54,768 nucleotides of DNA from Prorocentrum cordatum (GCA_963575745.1 CAUYUJ010000215.1:62001-116768), one strand, 5' to 3'; positions 9,120-20,770 are shown, counted from the first letter of the stretch. Numbers and translations are program-made. The notes: generated by a model not told the origin, from the sequence alone.

Positions 9120-9141
9120 CTTGAGCCAAAATGGCTACGGA
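9120..9141 (-). other. Perfect 22-nt dinoflagellate spliced leader (DinoSL) TCCGTAGCCATTTTGGCTCAAG
   Basis: The plus strand reads CTTGAGCCAAAATGGCTACGGA; its reverse complement matches DCCGTAGCCATTTTGGCTCAAG 22/22 and is followed directly by ATG. Confidence 0.97.
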
Positions 9142-9355
9142 GGAGGAGGAGGACGAGGAGGAGGCGGAGGAGGAGGAGGAGGAGGAGGAGGAGGAGGAGC
9201 AGGAGAAGTTGGAGGAGGATGAGGAGGAGGGGAGGGAGTGTCGAGAAGGAGGAGGAGGAGGAGGAGGAGGAGGAGGAGGAGGAGGAGGAGGAGGAGGAGG
9301 AGGAGGAGGAGGAGGAGGAGGAGGAGCAAGAGGATGAGGGAGGAGGAGAGGAGGA
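9141..9355. repeat. (GAG)n tract, 5' flank of the LINE; includes the right TSD copy at 9141-9156
   Basis: Direct reading. Confidence 0.9.
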
Positions 9356-10115
9356 CCTCCCCATCCTCCCTTCTCCCCCGTCAGTTGGTCGTGGTGGTGG
9401 AGAACTGGCCCCTCACTCCAACTCCCTCAACGCAGCGGTGCCCAGCAGCAGGCCAACAGGGGTGCCGCTCAGGAGGGAGGGGTGGGCAGCAACTGGTGGG
9501 AGCCAGTGGGCCTGGGTGGGCTGCGCCAGTGGCGCACGATGCGAGGGGAGGAGGAGCCCCCGTGCAAGGGGCACCGGCAAGCGGCATGCGTGAGAAAGGA
9601 CGGCACGTGGCAGTCTTGACTCAGCGGAACTTTCCGTCGCCGAGCGTCGGAGAGAGAGGCTCGGCGGGGAAGAGTGAGGCGCTGGACCAGCGATCCAGAG
9701 ACGGCGCGCGTAGTATCTGGGGCAAACCCCAGGAAGTGCAGCAGGGCTTGCCACCAGACAGACAGGCAGGTACATGTTCCTGGCGTCGCAGCCCAGGAGG
9801 GGGGGGATGGTGCAGGCCAACGTCGAGACGCTCTGACAATCGTACTGTAGGCGATTGAGAGGGGCGCTGCCTGCATTAAACTCGTGGGGGTGTAGGAGGA
9901 GAACGTATACGAGCATGGGTGGAAAGCTGGGGTGATCAACGAGCTTACCAAAGCATTCACGCAGTTCAGCGCAGGCCTCCTCAGCAGAGAACCCGGAAGG
10001 TGGCCGCATCCGAGGGGACCCCAGGAAAGAATGCAGGTGCGCCTCGGCGAGCGCCTCCGCCTGTGGCCCTGCGCCTTGCGGCCTGAGCGGGGAGGTGCTG
10101 GAGCGGAACCGTGGC

Positions 10116-10345
10116 ACACACACACAAACTCACACCCAACCACACAACCACACAACCACACAACCACAAAACCACACAACCACACAACCGCACAACCACA
10201 CAACCACAAAACCACACAACCACACAACACAAAACACAAAACACACAACACACAACACACACAAACCGCAAAACAACGTGCACGCGCGCGCACGCAAACG
10301 CACACACACACACCCACACACGCGCGCACACACTCACACACACAC
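10116..10345. repeat. CACAAC/CA microsatellite
   Basis: Direct reading. Confidence 0.9.
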
Positions 10346-11553
10346 ATCCAAAGAGCACGCAACACGAGCCACGCAACAACTCGAGCAGAAACCGCGGGGC
10401 GGCCACGGGACAACCCGCGAGACAACAGCGGAACACAACCACGGGACAGCAACGGCACGACCCACGAGACCATCCACCTCCTCCTCCTCCTCCTCCTCCT
10501 CCTCCTCCTCCTCCTCCTCCTCCTCGGGTCGCCTACGGCCCCGGGGCTAAACTGTGCACCCCCCCCCCCCCGCGCGAGGGCAAGGGCAAGGGCAAGGGCG
10601 GCCCGCCCAGCGCGCCGAAGGCGGGCGCGCGCGCGCGCAAAGAGCCGCGCGCCAGCGGGACAACAACTGGACAACCACAGGACAACCACATAACGCCTCA
10701 CGAGGGAATCACGCAACAATCCACGCAACAGCTATGGCACAACCCACGGGACTCGGACTCGGACTCGGCCTGCGTCTTGCCCCGCGGAGCTGCTGCAGGG
10801 TGGGGCCGAAGCACCCGGGAAATATAGGCGTGTGAAACTGAGGTAACAACAGGCTGCTACAGAACGAGGGCGGCGGCGGCGAGCATCAACTGGTCAGAGT
10901 GTCATCTCCAGTGCAGATGGCTGGAGCAGATGAATTTTTGGCAACGACAACGGAACAACCCAAAAGACAACGGGGCAACCCACTGGATAAGCACGGGACA
11001 ACCCAGCGGGCCCCAGCGAGACGCACAGAGGGAGACATGTTGTACGACTTGGCATTCGCTGCGGCCGAACCATCATCGTCCTCGCGCAGCTTTTCATCGC
11101 ACACACGCGCGGCACGAATCGACACGACTATTCTAGTTGGTGTCCCTTCGCTGTCGCGTTCCAACCTCCGACGAAGCCAAAATAAACGTGCGTCCCTCGG
11201 AATTGGGTGTAGGCATACCTATCTCCATGAGCAGCCTTCACGTGACTTCCCAGTGGGAACATGACCTACGAAGAGCCCACATGCTTGCGTTGACACTCTG
11301 GCACAACGGCAGCATACATGTTGGAGGTTCGTTTTCACGACTGCACTGACACTGGTGCTCGACAGGATATGCGTAGTCTGCAACATGTCAGCTGTGGCCA
11401 ACCCAGCGCTGGGTGGTGAGCTCACAGGAATGACTCCCTGGGCGGCCGCTGTCCAAAATATTCGGTGCAGAATCTTCTCCATCAGCGGCACCCCGCTCCC
11501 CCCCCTTCCCCACTCACCACCGTCATCCTGTCACTCCCCATTGCAAGGACAGA

Positions 11554-11757
11554 GGCCTCCCAGATGGGGTCGGAGTAGATGGGGTCGGAGAATCGCGCCG
11601 TATCGACAATGCATTGGCGATGCATCGGCGACGTCGGCGATGCATCGGCGACGCAGGCATGGAGAAACGCTGGCTCCGCATCGCGCCGCATCGCCGATGC
11701 ATCGGCGATGCGGAACGATCCTCCGACCCCATCTACTCCGACCCCATCTGGGAGGCC
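11554..11757. mobile_element. MITE-like element with perfect 37-bp terminal inverted repeats
   Basis: GGCCTCCCAGATGGGGTCGGAGTAGATGGGGTCGGAG (11554-11590) is the reverse complement of 11721-11757; internal CGATGCATCG palindromes; 13-bp direct repeat nearby on each side. Confidence 0.8.
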
Positions 11758-11982
11758 CAACTACTTTCACTCCCCATTGAAACAAGATGTACGGCGGCGC
11801 CTTCGACAGAAAGACCCCACTGTGCTCTCCGAAGGGGTTTGCCTGCAAAGGCCAGCGCGCAGGGCGCGGGCAAGATGCGGCCGCTGGCGTCCGTGGGGCC
11901 TGCCCTTCCACGAATCGCGATCCCTTTGCTGCGCTCTCTGGGTACTGGCAGCACGCCAGCCTTGTGTTGCATCTTCAAGGGC

Positions 11983-12088
11983 CGCGTCGAATCCGTGTCG
12001 AACCCATGTCGCACTCGTCGAATCTGCGTCGGGTCCACGTCGAATCCACGCCACATCCGCGTTGAGTCCGCATCGAACACGCGTCGGG
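11983..12088. repeat. Degenerate 11-bp tandem repeat (GCGTCGAATCC-like)
   Basis: Direct reading. Confidence 0.7.
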
Positions 12089-13298
12089 CACGAGAAAAGA
12101 CTTCAGTTTTGGGGACAGACGAGGTCCCCCGAAGATGCGACGTAAGCCAGCCTCTGTGGACATACCCAGCAGGCGTGGTGGAGCGGAGCGGGCAGGGGAC
12201 AGCGCACGCATAATTAGCAACCAGCAACAATCGTGTGGCCCTCCAGGTGGGCCACCGAGCACCTTCCGCAAGCCTCTCTTCAAGAGCAAAACTCTGGCCC
12301 ATGTGGCAAAAGCAAACATCGCGATCTGAGCTCACTGGACGGTCTTTAAGGTCCCGGGAGGTCACGCCGCTGCGAGCGTCGTGTTTTCGATTCTGCGCCT
12401 CGCTCGGGCATGGACCTTCTGCCTCGTTTTCCTCCTCAGACCCGCGACGTCATGATTTTTTCGCAATGTCGACCCCCAGAGGTGTGGACCAACAGGTGTT
12501 TCATCCTGCGTCGTTTTTCGACGGCCCCGGGGCCCGGTGAGGGCCCCCGGAGGCCGAAAATAGTGAAAAACCTCTCGTGGCGATTTTTTCGCAACGCGAG
12601 GGGGTCGGGGTCCTCCACCTCCTCCTTTCACGCCAGCCCGGCTCAAGGATCTAGCCTGTAGCATTCTAACCTCCTCCTCCTCCTCCTTCCCTCCCTCCCT
12701 CCCTACCTCCCTTCCTGCCACGCCCGTCTCAAGTAGTCGTGGGCCATCCCTGGCGCCTACGCCCGACCCCCCCGGAATTACTCAGAGCGAGGCAAGCACC
12801 ACCAGACAGAGGCTCCCTCTCGAAGTCACACACACACACACACTGACTCCTGCCGTTCCAGTAGTAGATCGACTACAGAATCGATGTACCCCAAAATTGA
12901 TGTTCACGTCGAATCTTCAACAACAATATACATAATGTTCTTAGATCTACGAACGTTCTACGCATATTCCGTGGACTTGGGCGAGAAAACTCAATTCTGG
13001 GGCACATCGATTCCATAGTCGATCCCCTACTCGAGCCTCTCCAGCTTCCCAAATCCTCCCGCCGCCATCTGGGAACCTTCCTCCCCCCCCGCCCGTGCCG
13101 CTGGAATCTGCTCCTGGGGCTATCGGCCCTGGCCGTGGAAAGCTGCTCGTCTCGCACGAGCGCGACGACCGACGCCCGCGGTCCATTCGATAGCCCACAG
13201 CTGGGCGGCCGCCCCCCCCTAAGCAAAGGACAGAACAGTTGCCGAAACAAGCGCCTTCGGAGTTCCACGCGGAGCTGGGGGATCGATGCTAGACTTGG

Positions 13299-13449
13299 GT
13301 CGGGCATATCCTCCCACAGGCGGAATTTGGAAGACAAGTGCAAAAGTAGTCTACCAATAACCCAACATAGTCTAACAGGCACGACAAATCGTCCCCGGAC
13401 CATTTTTGACTATTCTCGAATATTCCTCCTGTAGAGGAACATGCCCGAC
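13299..13449 (+). mobile_element. MITE family B, copy 1 (22-bp imperfect TIR GTCGGGCATRTYCYYCYACAGG)
   Basis: TIRs at 13299-13320 and 13428-13449 match 17/22; homologous to 14957-15091 and 53241-53387. Confidence 0.7.
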
Positions 13450-13784
13450 TGAAAGTTCGACACCCTCCCGACAGTTCTTCCCCTACTTGTGGGCAGAAAA
13501 ACCCTCCTAAGAAGCACCCCGGCGCGCGAAGCCTTGTGAAAACGCACCGAGAGAAGGGATCGAATAGGGCAGGGCTGTTCAAAAAACCCAACGCTGTTTA
13601 ATAAACGCCGATTGTGCGGGCCGGAGTGTTTTTTCACGGTTGGGAGGGGACGGTCCAGCATCGCCCAAAGAAGTTCACGCCGATTCCCCAGACAATGTTT
13701 GTACATAGGGGTTTTTGTTGTTCGGGGCATCGACATTCGGCCGAAGGGTAAGGGACGGGGGGGATCTGGGTCGGGGCCGGTGCT

Positions 13785-13823
13785 CTCCTCCTCCTCGTCC
13801 TTGTCCTGCTCCTCCTTCTCCTC

Positions 13824-13883
<60 letters not shown>

Positions 13884-13960
13884 CTCCTCGTCCTCCTCCT
13901 CGTCCTCCTCGTCCTCCTCCTCCTCCTCCTCCTCCTCCTCCTCCTCCTCCTCCTCCTCTT
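13785..13960. repeat. (TCC/TCG)n tract
   Basis: Direct reading. Confidence 0.9.
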
Positions 13961-14299
13961 CCCTCGAGCAAGCAGACTGCAGACTGGGACTGCGGGGGTT
14001 TCCCTCGCCAGTCGCCAAGAGCAGCCGCCAAGAGCAGCCAGGATCTGCTCTCCGTAGGGGGAGGAGGGGGGGGGCTCTGGGACCTACGCCCATGGGCGAA
14101 GGAATGCATCAAAAAGACGACTGAGGGGGTCTTGCTTACCCTGAGTTTTCCGAATAACCGTTGGGGGGGCGTCACCCCCGCCGACAGCCCCACATCGACG
14201 CCCGTCGCGGGCAGCCACCGCGCGCCGAAGGCGCTCCGACCCCCGTCGCGGCGCGACGACGAGGCGAGGTTGACCCCCGTCGGGGAGGTACGCCCCCAC

Positions 14300-14436
14300 G
14301 CTTGTTCAGAAATGCAGAGGATGGTCAGCATCTCGGAATAAACCGTCTGCGCGGCTGAGTTGGTGCGATGCCCGCGACGATTCTTACCACGAAGACGGCG
14401 GCGTGCGCTGCAAGTCACGTGTTCCGGAAGCGCCAT
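14300..14436 (-). CDS. Possible first exon of a further fragmented multi-exon gene (MALPEHVTCSARRRLRGKNRRG...)
   Basis: ATG at 14436 in unique sequence with a basic RRRLRGK motif; downstream exons not resolvable. Confidence 0.3.
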
Positions 14437-14464
14437 GTTCCGGAGAAGCGTTCCCGGAGGGAGA

Positions 14465-14685
14465 AGCGAACATTGTAATTTACGAGGGTTGATGGCTTCG
14501 GACACGCCACTACAGCGTAATTAACGAAGGTGTATGGCCTCGGGGTCGCAGGTTTTGCATAAGTGTCACAGGTTTCTGGCCTCGGAGACGCGAACATTGT
14601 GTAATTTAGTGGGTTTGTGGTTTCGGATGCGCGAATATGGCATAATCTGCGAGGGTGTATGACTTCGGGGACGCGAATATCGGTA
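14465..14685. repeat. About 41-bp degenerate tandem repeat, about 5 copies
   Basis: Recurring GTAATTTACGAGGGT..TGGCTTCGGA.ACGCGAAC-like units. Confidence 0.7.
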
Positions 14686-14956
14686 CAACCTGAAGTGCAT
14701 CGCCTTGTCGTTTTGCAGGCGGTTTCAATGGAGGTGCATGAGCCGAGCGTCTGGAGGGATGCGTTGGCAGCATAGTGCACGGCTGGCAAAAAAAAAAAAA
14801 AAACGGATCGCGCGCACGGGACCCCCTTCCTGGCGCGCGGAGCGCGCCAGGGGCGCCGCCGGGGAGCTCCAGCGCCGATCCGAAAAATCCGCGTGGGCCT
14901 CCGATTTGTTCTGTGCATGTCGTTCTTCGTTCCCCTTGACAGGGCACCAGCGAAAA

Positions 14957-15091
14957 GTCGGGCGCGTCCTCCCTGTACAGGAGGAACGTGCAAGAAAAAC
15001 CAAGCAACAGTCTGAGGCCAGTTATGTATTATTTGGGACTATCTTTGAACATGTCTGCTCCCCCCAAATCCGCCTGTGGGGGGACACGCCC
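14957..15091 (-). mobile_element. MITE family B, copy 2 (inverted)
   Basis: The reverse complement of CCAAATCCGCCTGTGGGGGGACACGCCC matches the 5' end of copies 1 and 3. Confidence 0.55.
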
Positions 15092-15469
15092 TTTGTGGGC
15101 CCCGGAAACAGCAGGGCCGTCTTTTCACTGTTTCCTGAAAAATGTCCCTTGGAAATGGAAGCGGCAAAAATCGGCGACTGGAAACGGCAAAAAAACGGTT
15201 CCAGGATTGGACCCGGGGCTGGAACCGGTCAAAAAACGGCGGCGGGACCGGAACAAAAACACCGCCGGAACGGGCAAAAAGGCAAAACGGAACCCGTAAA
15301 AAAACAGGCCTCGCCGCCAGCGCCAGCGGTAATACACAGAGCACTGGCCGGACTGCGACCGACGGCGGCCCGCGGGGCAGAGCGCAGAGGGCGCGCCAGC
15401 CGTGTGAGGACGGCCAACGGCAACCCGCATGGCATTCTGTGGGTGAAGCAGGCATCGCCAAGGCGAGAA

Positions 15470-15870
15470 AATGTGTATAACATATACAAACTTATATATG
15501 TATACACATATATAGACACAAACATATAGATATACACATAAAATACATATACCATAAGACAAATACATATATATATATATATATATGCACACACACATCT
15601 GTTTGTGTACTAGGCTGCATTGGCGCTGCTTGCCGTGCACCTCGGTCCTCTGAGTTTCGCACGCAAGCGGGGCGCGTGCGTGCGTACATGCACGAATTCA
15701 TGTATACACGCGCACGCGCATGCACGCTCTGTACACATATTTTTGTGTATACCACACACATACTGTTGTATATGTGTATACATGACCATGGTATGTATAT
15801 GTCTATGTCAATCACAGGTGTTTGTTGGTGCACGCACCTATACGTAATTATGGGTGCGCATACGCATGCG
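15470..15870. repeat. (TA)n/(TG)n-rich microsatellite region
   Basis: Direct reading. Confidence 0.85.
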
Positions 15871-15879
15871 TATCTCAGG

Positions 15880-16720
15880 CGGTAGTGGCCTGACCGCCTG
15901 CTCAGGGCATCTCGCAACTCAGAGGTGCGAGGGTCTCAGGCGAAAGTAGCCAGACTACTACGGGGCAGTGCACCTCCGATGTCAGCGTTGCGAGGATGTT
16001 TCAAGCGAAAGTGAACTGATCACCTCAGTTGAGGACATACCCGAACCCGGAATTGCGAGGATGTCTCTAACGAAAGTGGCCTGCACACTTCAGCTCAGGG
16101 CATCCCTGAAATCTAAAGTTGCGATGAGGTCTCAAGTGAAAGTGGCGGACTACTCTGCGGCAGGGCATCTCGGAATCCAGAGTTGCGGGGATGTTTCTAG
16201 CGAAAGTGGCGGGAACACCTCAGCTCAGGGAACCCCGGAACCCAGAGTTGCGAGAGGGTCTCAAGCGGAAGTGGCCGGACAACCTTGGGGCAGAGCTTCT
16301 CTGGGGTCAGAGTGGCGAGGATGTCTCAGCCGACAGTGGGAAGGAGGAAGGCGAAGGGAAAGAGTAATGGGAGGAGTCCCGCGGACCCGAGGACAGGCAG
16401 GCACGAACGCTCAGGATCGGAAGTCATGTACTGACGCGGATGCAAGACGCTGGGAGCTGGCCTCCGAGAGCGTTGAACGACAGGAGGGCCTGAGAGGGGC
16501 TCAACGACGGGCGCCGCCAGAACCTTTGGGAAAAGTCTGGAGGCCTTGTGAACGTGTCGGAGTGCTACGCGTCTGAGTGCTACGCGGCAAGGGGTATCCG
16601 AGGTTGACGTTGCGAGGATGTCTCAGGCGAAACTGGCCCGAGCAATGTGGGACAGGACATCTCCGAAGTCAGCGGTACGAGGGAGTCTCAAGCGAAGAGT
16701 GGTCTGAACACCTCAGGCCT
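15880..16720. repeat. About 56-bp degenerate satellite with core GAGGATGTCTCAAGCGAAAGTGG
   Basis: Core recurs many times in 15900-16330 and 16610-16700. Confidence 0.8.
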
Positions 16721-17044
16721 GATGGTAGAAGAACCCCCTTGCAAGAGCGTCCGCGCAGCCCCCGGGGAGCTTCCCAGCAGGTCGAGCAGACCGGGAAGGG
16801 GCTTCCCGGCAGCCTGGGGAGTCCGAAATGCGTTCGGGGGGAATGTGTGTGCACATGTGAATTTAGTTTGCGTATGTATGCATGTACATGTGAATGTATG
16901 TATGTACGTATGGATATCAGATGACAACGCCTTCCAACGTCAGAACGTCCCAAGAGCGTTTGACGCTCGTTTCACATGGTAAGTTATTGTTAAACAAGGT
17001 CTACATCCGTGAAATAATTGCTTTACAAGGAAATTCCATGTAAA

Positions 17045-17700
17045 ACGCTCTTGGGCCGTCTTGGGCCGTTCGTGGCCCGAAAAAGCGAAACCCGACAAAA
17101 CCTTCAAACCTTTTCAACACATTAATGAATTTTGCCTCTTTGGGCCTTCTTGGGGGCCATTGTGGGCCGTTTTGGGACTCTCTTGGGCCGTTTTGGGACC
17201 CTTTCGGGTCGTCTTGGGTTGTCCTGGAGGCCTTCGGCCGTCTTCGGGCTGTCTTGGGGGCCTCTAAGGGCCCTCTTGGGAGCCTCTTGGGGTGCTCCTG
17301 AGGCTCTCTTGGGGCCGTCTTGGGGCTTCCTTAATAGTTTTCGGGCCCTCTTGGGCTGTCTAGGAGCCCTTTTAGGCCGTTTTCGCTCTTGGACCGCTCT
17401 TGTCCCGGAAAAGCGAAAACCGAAAAAAGCCTTCAACAAATCAATGAAATTTGCCTCTTCGGGTTAGGCTTGGGAAGCCTCTTGGGGGCTTCTTGGGCAT
17501 TGGAAGCCATGTTGAAGGTTTTGGTGTGCTTTGGAACTGTCGACGAGCTGTCTTGGGCAATATTGGAGGCCTCTTTGGACCTTCCAAGAAGGCCGGAAGG
17601 CCGAAGGAACCCTTTGCAAGAGCGTGTCCTAGCAGCAGGGGGGGGGCTTCAAGCAGCCCGGGGAGTCCGAAACTCGTTAGGTGGGGGGGGTCCCCGGCCT
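17045..17700 (+). repeat. Dispersed repeat rich in TCTTGGG/TTGGGCC motifs, adjacent to a (TA)/(TATG) microsatellite
   Basis: Reverse-orientation relatives rich in CCCAAGA at about 44630-45300 and 48550-49330, also next to TA-type microsatellites. Confidence 0.65.
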
Positions 17701-17734
17701 TTTAAAAATGATATGAATAGGAATATGTGGGTAC

Positions 17735-17768
<34 letters not shown>

Positions 17769-18449
17769 ATACATGTATGTATGTATGTCTGTATGTATGT
17801 ATGTATGTATGTATGTTTGTGTTTCGTTTGGGCCTGTAAACTGCCCCAGGGAGAGAAATCGCCAAAACATTGATCAATCATGAAAAAAACACGAAAACCA
17901 ATCACAAAAAAAACATAGGATTTTCCAAAAAAACACACACGGCCATCACGGATGCCCCACAGCGAACAGAAAAAACATCACTAAATATGTTTGACTACGG
18001 AGGCGCCATGTGCAGCGCACGTCCCAACGTGGACGCACCATCGTTGCGCCGTAGCGCTAGTCCGCCACATCTGTTGGGCACAAGCCATCACGCGGCCCCA
18101 ACACACCTGCGAGCAAACCGAGAAGTGCCAAAACCGAATCAGGGAAACACAAGAGGTCCGAGCAGACGCGTGGAGCATCAAACGACACTGCGCGCAAGAA
18201 ACCGCAGGGCCCGAACGGATCGGTGGAAACAACGGCCCTCCTCAGCGACGCGCGCTTCCACGAACGCCAGAAGCACGGCGAAATACGCAGCCAAGCAGCC
18301 AGGCTAAGGCTCGAGCCAATGCCAAACCGAGCAGCAAGGGTGGGTAACCAACCACGTGAAGGCAAACACAGCTGGGCCTCGCTGTGACGGGACAACGACC
18401 CTACGTGAAACGCCGTGGGGCCCAGGGTGCGCCCCCTGTGCTTGTGCGT

Positions 18450-18755
18450 GGGGTGGGTGGCGGGTGGGTGGTGGGCGGGTGGTGGGTAGGTTGTGGGCGG
18501 GTGTCAGGTGTGATGCGTGGGTGCTGGAGCGTTGGGTGGGTGGTAGGTGGGTGGTGGGTGGGCGGTGGGGCGGTGGTAGGTGGGTGGTGGGTGGTGCTTG
18601 GGTTTGGTGCGTGGGTGCTGGACTGGTGGGCGTGGTGGGTGGGCGGTGGGTGAGGGGTGGGTGGGTGGTGGGTGGGCGGTGGGCGGGTGGTGGGCGAGTG
18701 TGTGCGTGGTGGGTGGGCGGTGGGCGGGTGGTGCGTGGGTGTTGGAGTGGTGTGT
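18450..18755. repeat. GGGT/GGTG-rich tract (G-quadruplex-prone)
   Basis: Direct reading. Confidence 0.85.
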
Positions 18756-19261
18756 GGTCTTGGCAGGTTTCTGCGACCCTCGAGCTGGCGTAGCCCTGCG
18801 CCACCTCGAGAAACACATTCGAGCCACGCATGGCTTGGGTGAGGAGGAGGTGGATGAGGGGGAAGGGGGAGAAGGAGGAAGAGAAAAAGGAGGCTGAAAA
18901 GGAGGAGGTCTTCTTCAAAAGCAGTCCTCGTCCCCCCCCCCCCCGACGCCATCCTCGGTGTCGCTTGCGATCTCCAGCACGCCCCTGGAGTCGTGGACGA
19001 GCCCGAGATGCGTGGCAGGGCGGGCGGTGGTGGGCGAGGGGAGGGAGGGCGAGAGTCGAGGGGGGGGGCGGGGGAGGGCGGGGAGAGGGGGGGAGGGGGC
19101 CGCCGAGAGAGGAAGGTGGAGGGAGCGAGGGAGAGGGCGGAGGGAAGGCGAGGGGAGGGCACGCGCAAAAGCGAGGGCAAGGGGAAGTGGGGGGAAGGGT
19201 AAGCAGGAGTAGGGGAAGAGGGAGGGAGAGGATGGAGACGGCAGGTGGTTCTGGATTCCGT

Positions 19262-20770
19262 TGTGTCCCCGACCATCGTGTAGTGTTGGGTCCTCGTGTT
19301 GATGGGACAGTGCCCCGCGTCTCACTCCGCGTTTTTCCGCCCCCTCCTCCTTCCTCCCATCATCACGATCGTCACACTATCATTCTCGCCACCGCCAACG
19401 CCACCCATGTCGGCCTCCCTCCTCGTTCGGCACACCCCTGACACGCTTCGTGGCCCCATGGGGGGCCCCGCCGAAGGTCCCAATGAGATTGCCCGCATGC
19501 GCCCGCCACGCCCAGCACAGCGTTCCGCGGCCTCATAGCTACCTTCACCGACGGTCCCAGTGGGGCCGCCCGCATGCGTCCGCCACGCCCAGTGCAGCGC
19601 TTCGTGGCACCAGATGGGTCCCCACCGAAAGCCCGAATGGGACCGCGCGCGTGCGCCCGCCACACCCAGCACAGCGCCCCGTGGCCCAACAGGGATCCCC
19701 AACGAAGGTCCCAGTGGGACCGCCCGCATGCGCCCGCTGGACCCAACACAGCGATTGGTGGCACCATAAGGAGCCCCACCGAAGGTCCAAGCGGAGCTGC
19801 CCGCACGCGTCCGCCACGCGGCACAACGTTTCGTGGCCGCATAGGGGGCCCAATTGAATGCCGTATTGTGACCGCCCGCGTGCGCTCGCCACCCCCAGCA
19901 CAGCGCGTCGTGGCCCCATATGGATCCCCACCGAAGGTCCCAATGGCATTGCCCGCATGCGTCCGCCACGCCCAATGCAGCGCTTCGTGGCCCCGTAGGG
20001 AGCTCCACCGAAGGTCCCAGTGGGACGGCCCGCGCGCTCCCGCCACACCCAGCATGGCGCGTCGTGCCCCCCTGGGGGGGGGCCAACCGAATGTCACATT
20101 GGGACCGCCCGCGTGCGTCCGCCACGCCCAGCACAGCGATGTGCTGCCCCATAGGGGGTTCCATCTAAGGCCACAGGAGGGGCGCCCGCATGCGCCCGCC
20201 ACACCCAGCACACCGCTTCGTGGCCCCATAGGAAGCCACACCGAAAGCAACAGTGGGACAACCTGCGCGCGCCCGCACACCCAGCGCAGCGCGCCGTGGC
20301 CGCATAGGGGGCCTTGCCGAAGGCCCCAGTGGAACAACCCGCACGCGCCCGCCACACCCAGTACAGCGCTCCGTGTCCCCATCGGAAGTTCCACCGACCG
20401 TCCCAATGAGACCGCCCGCATGCGTCCGCAACTCCAAGCACAGCGTTTCGCGCTCCCACATGGAGCCCCGCCGAAGGCCCCAGTGGGGCCGTTCGCACGC
20501 GCCCGCCACACCCAGTACAGCGCGTCGTGGCAGCATGGGGATCTCCAACGACTGTCCCAGTGAGGCCGCCCGCATGCGCCCGCCACACGCAGCACAGCGT
20601 TTGGCAGCACCATTGGGAGCTCCAGCGAAGGCCCCAGTGGCACCGCCCACCATCCACTACAACGTTCGTGGCCCCACATGGAGCTCCACCGAACGCCCCA
20701 AAGGGAACCGCCCGTGCGCGTACCCCGCCCACTCAATACGGCACGCCCCATCACGCGGCGCGTGGTCCAC
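19262..20770 (-). mobile_element. Satellite-carrying non-autonomous element: ~90-bp tandem units, purine tract, conserved terminal motif
   Basis: Units of GGGGCCACGAAGCGCTGTGCTGGGCGTGGCGGGCGCATGCGGGCGGTCCCACTGGGACCTTCGGTGGGG type; homologous to 33720-35137 in the opposite orientation. Confidence 0.75.

Larger units (their letters stand above)
2197..9141 (-). mobile_element. Full-length non-LTR retrotransposon (LINE; APE-RT-RNase H type) capped by the dinoflagellate spliced leader
   Basis: ORF1 plus uninterrupted ORF2 with APE, RT, CCHC and RNase H motifs; SL at the 5' end; about 190-nt 3' UTR ending ...GTGCATCA; candidate TSD. Confidence 0.93.

Noticed and set aside
8992..9129. ORF-track start of ORF1 at 9129 (MAQDDF...)
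   Set aside because: That start is a TTG inside the spliced leader; the first in-frame ATG is at 8991.
9120..9141. SL RNA gene
   Set aside because: The SL exon is followed by ATG and the retroelement rather than a GT-initiated SL intron, so it is a retroposed leader.
12632..12647. GCCAGCCCGGCTCAAG as an SL relic
   Set aside because: Only the 3' GGCTCAAG and GCCA match; too weak, and no following ORF.
18818..18838. CCAAGCCATGCGTGGCTCGAA (minus strand) beside a (TCC)n tract, resembling a decayed SL
   Set aside because: Needs a gap and several mismatches, and is followed by GGGT-repeat sequence rather than coding sequence; cannot be distinguished from chance.
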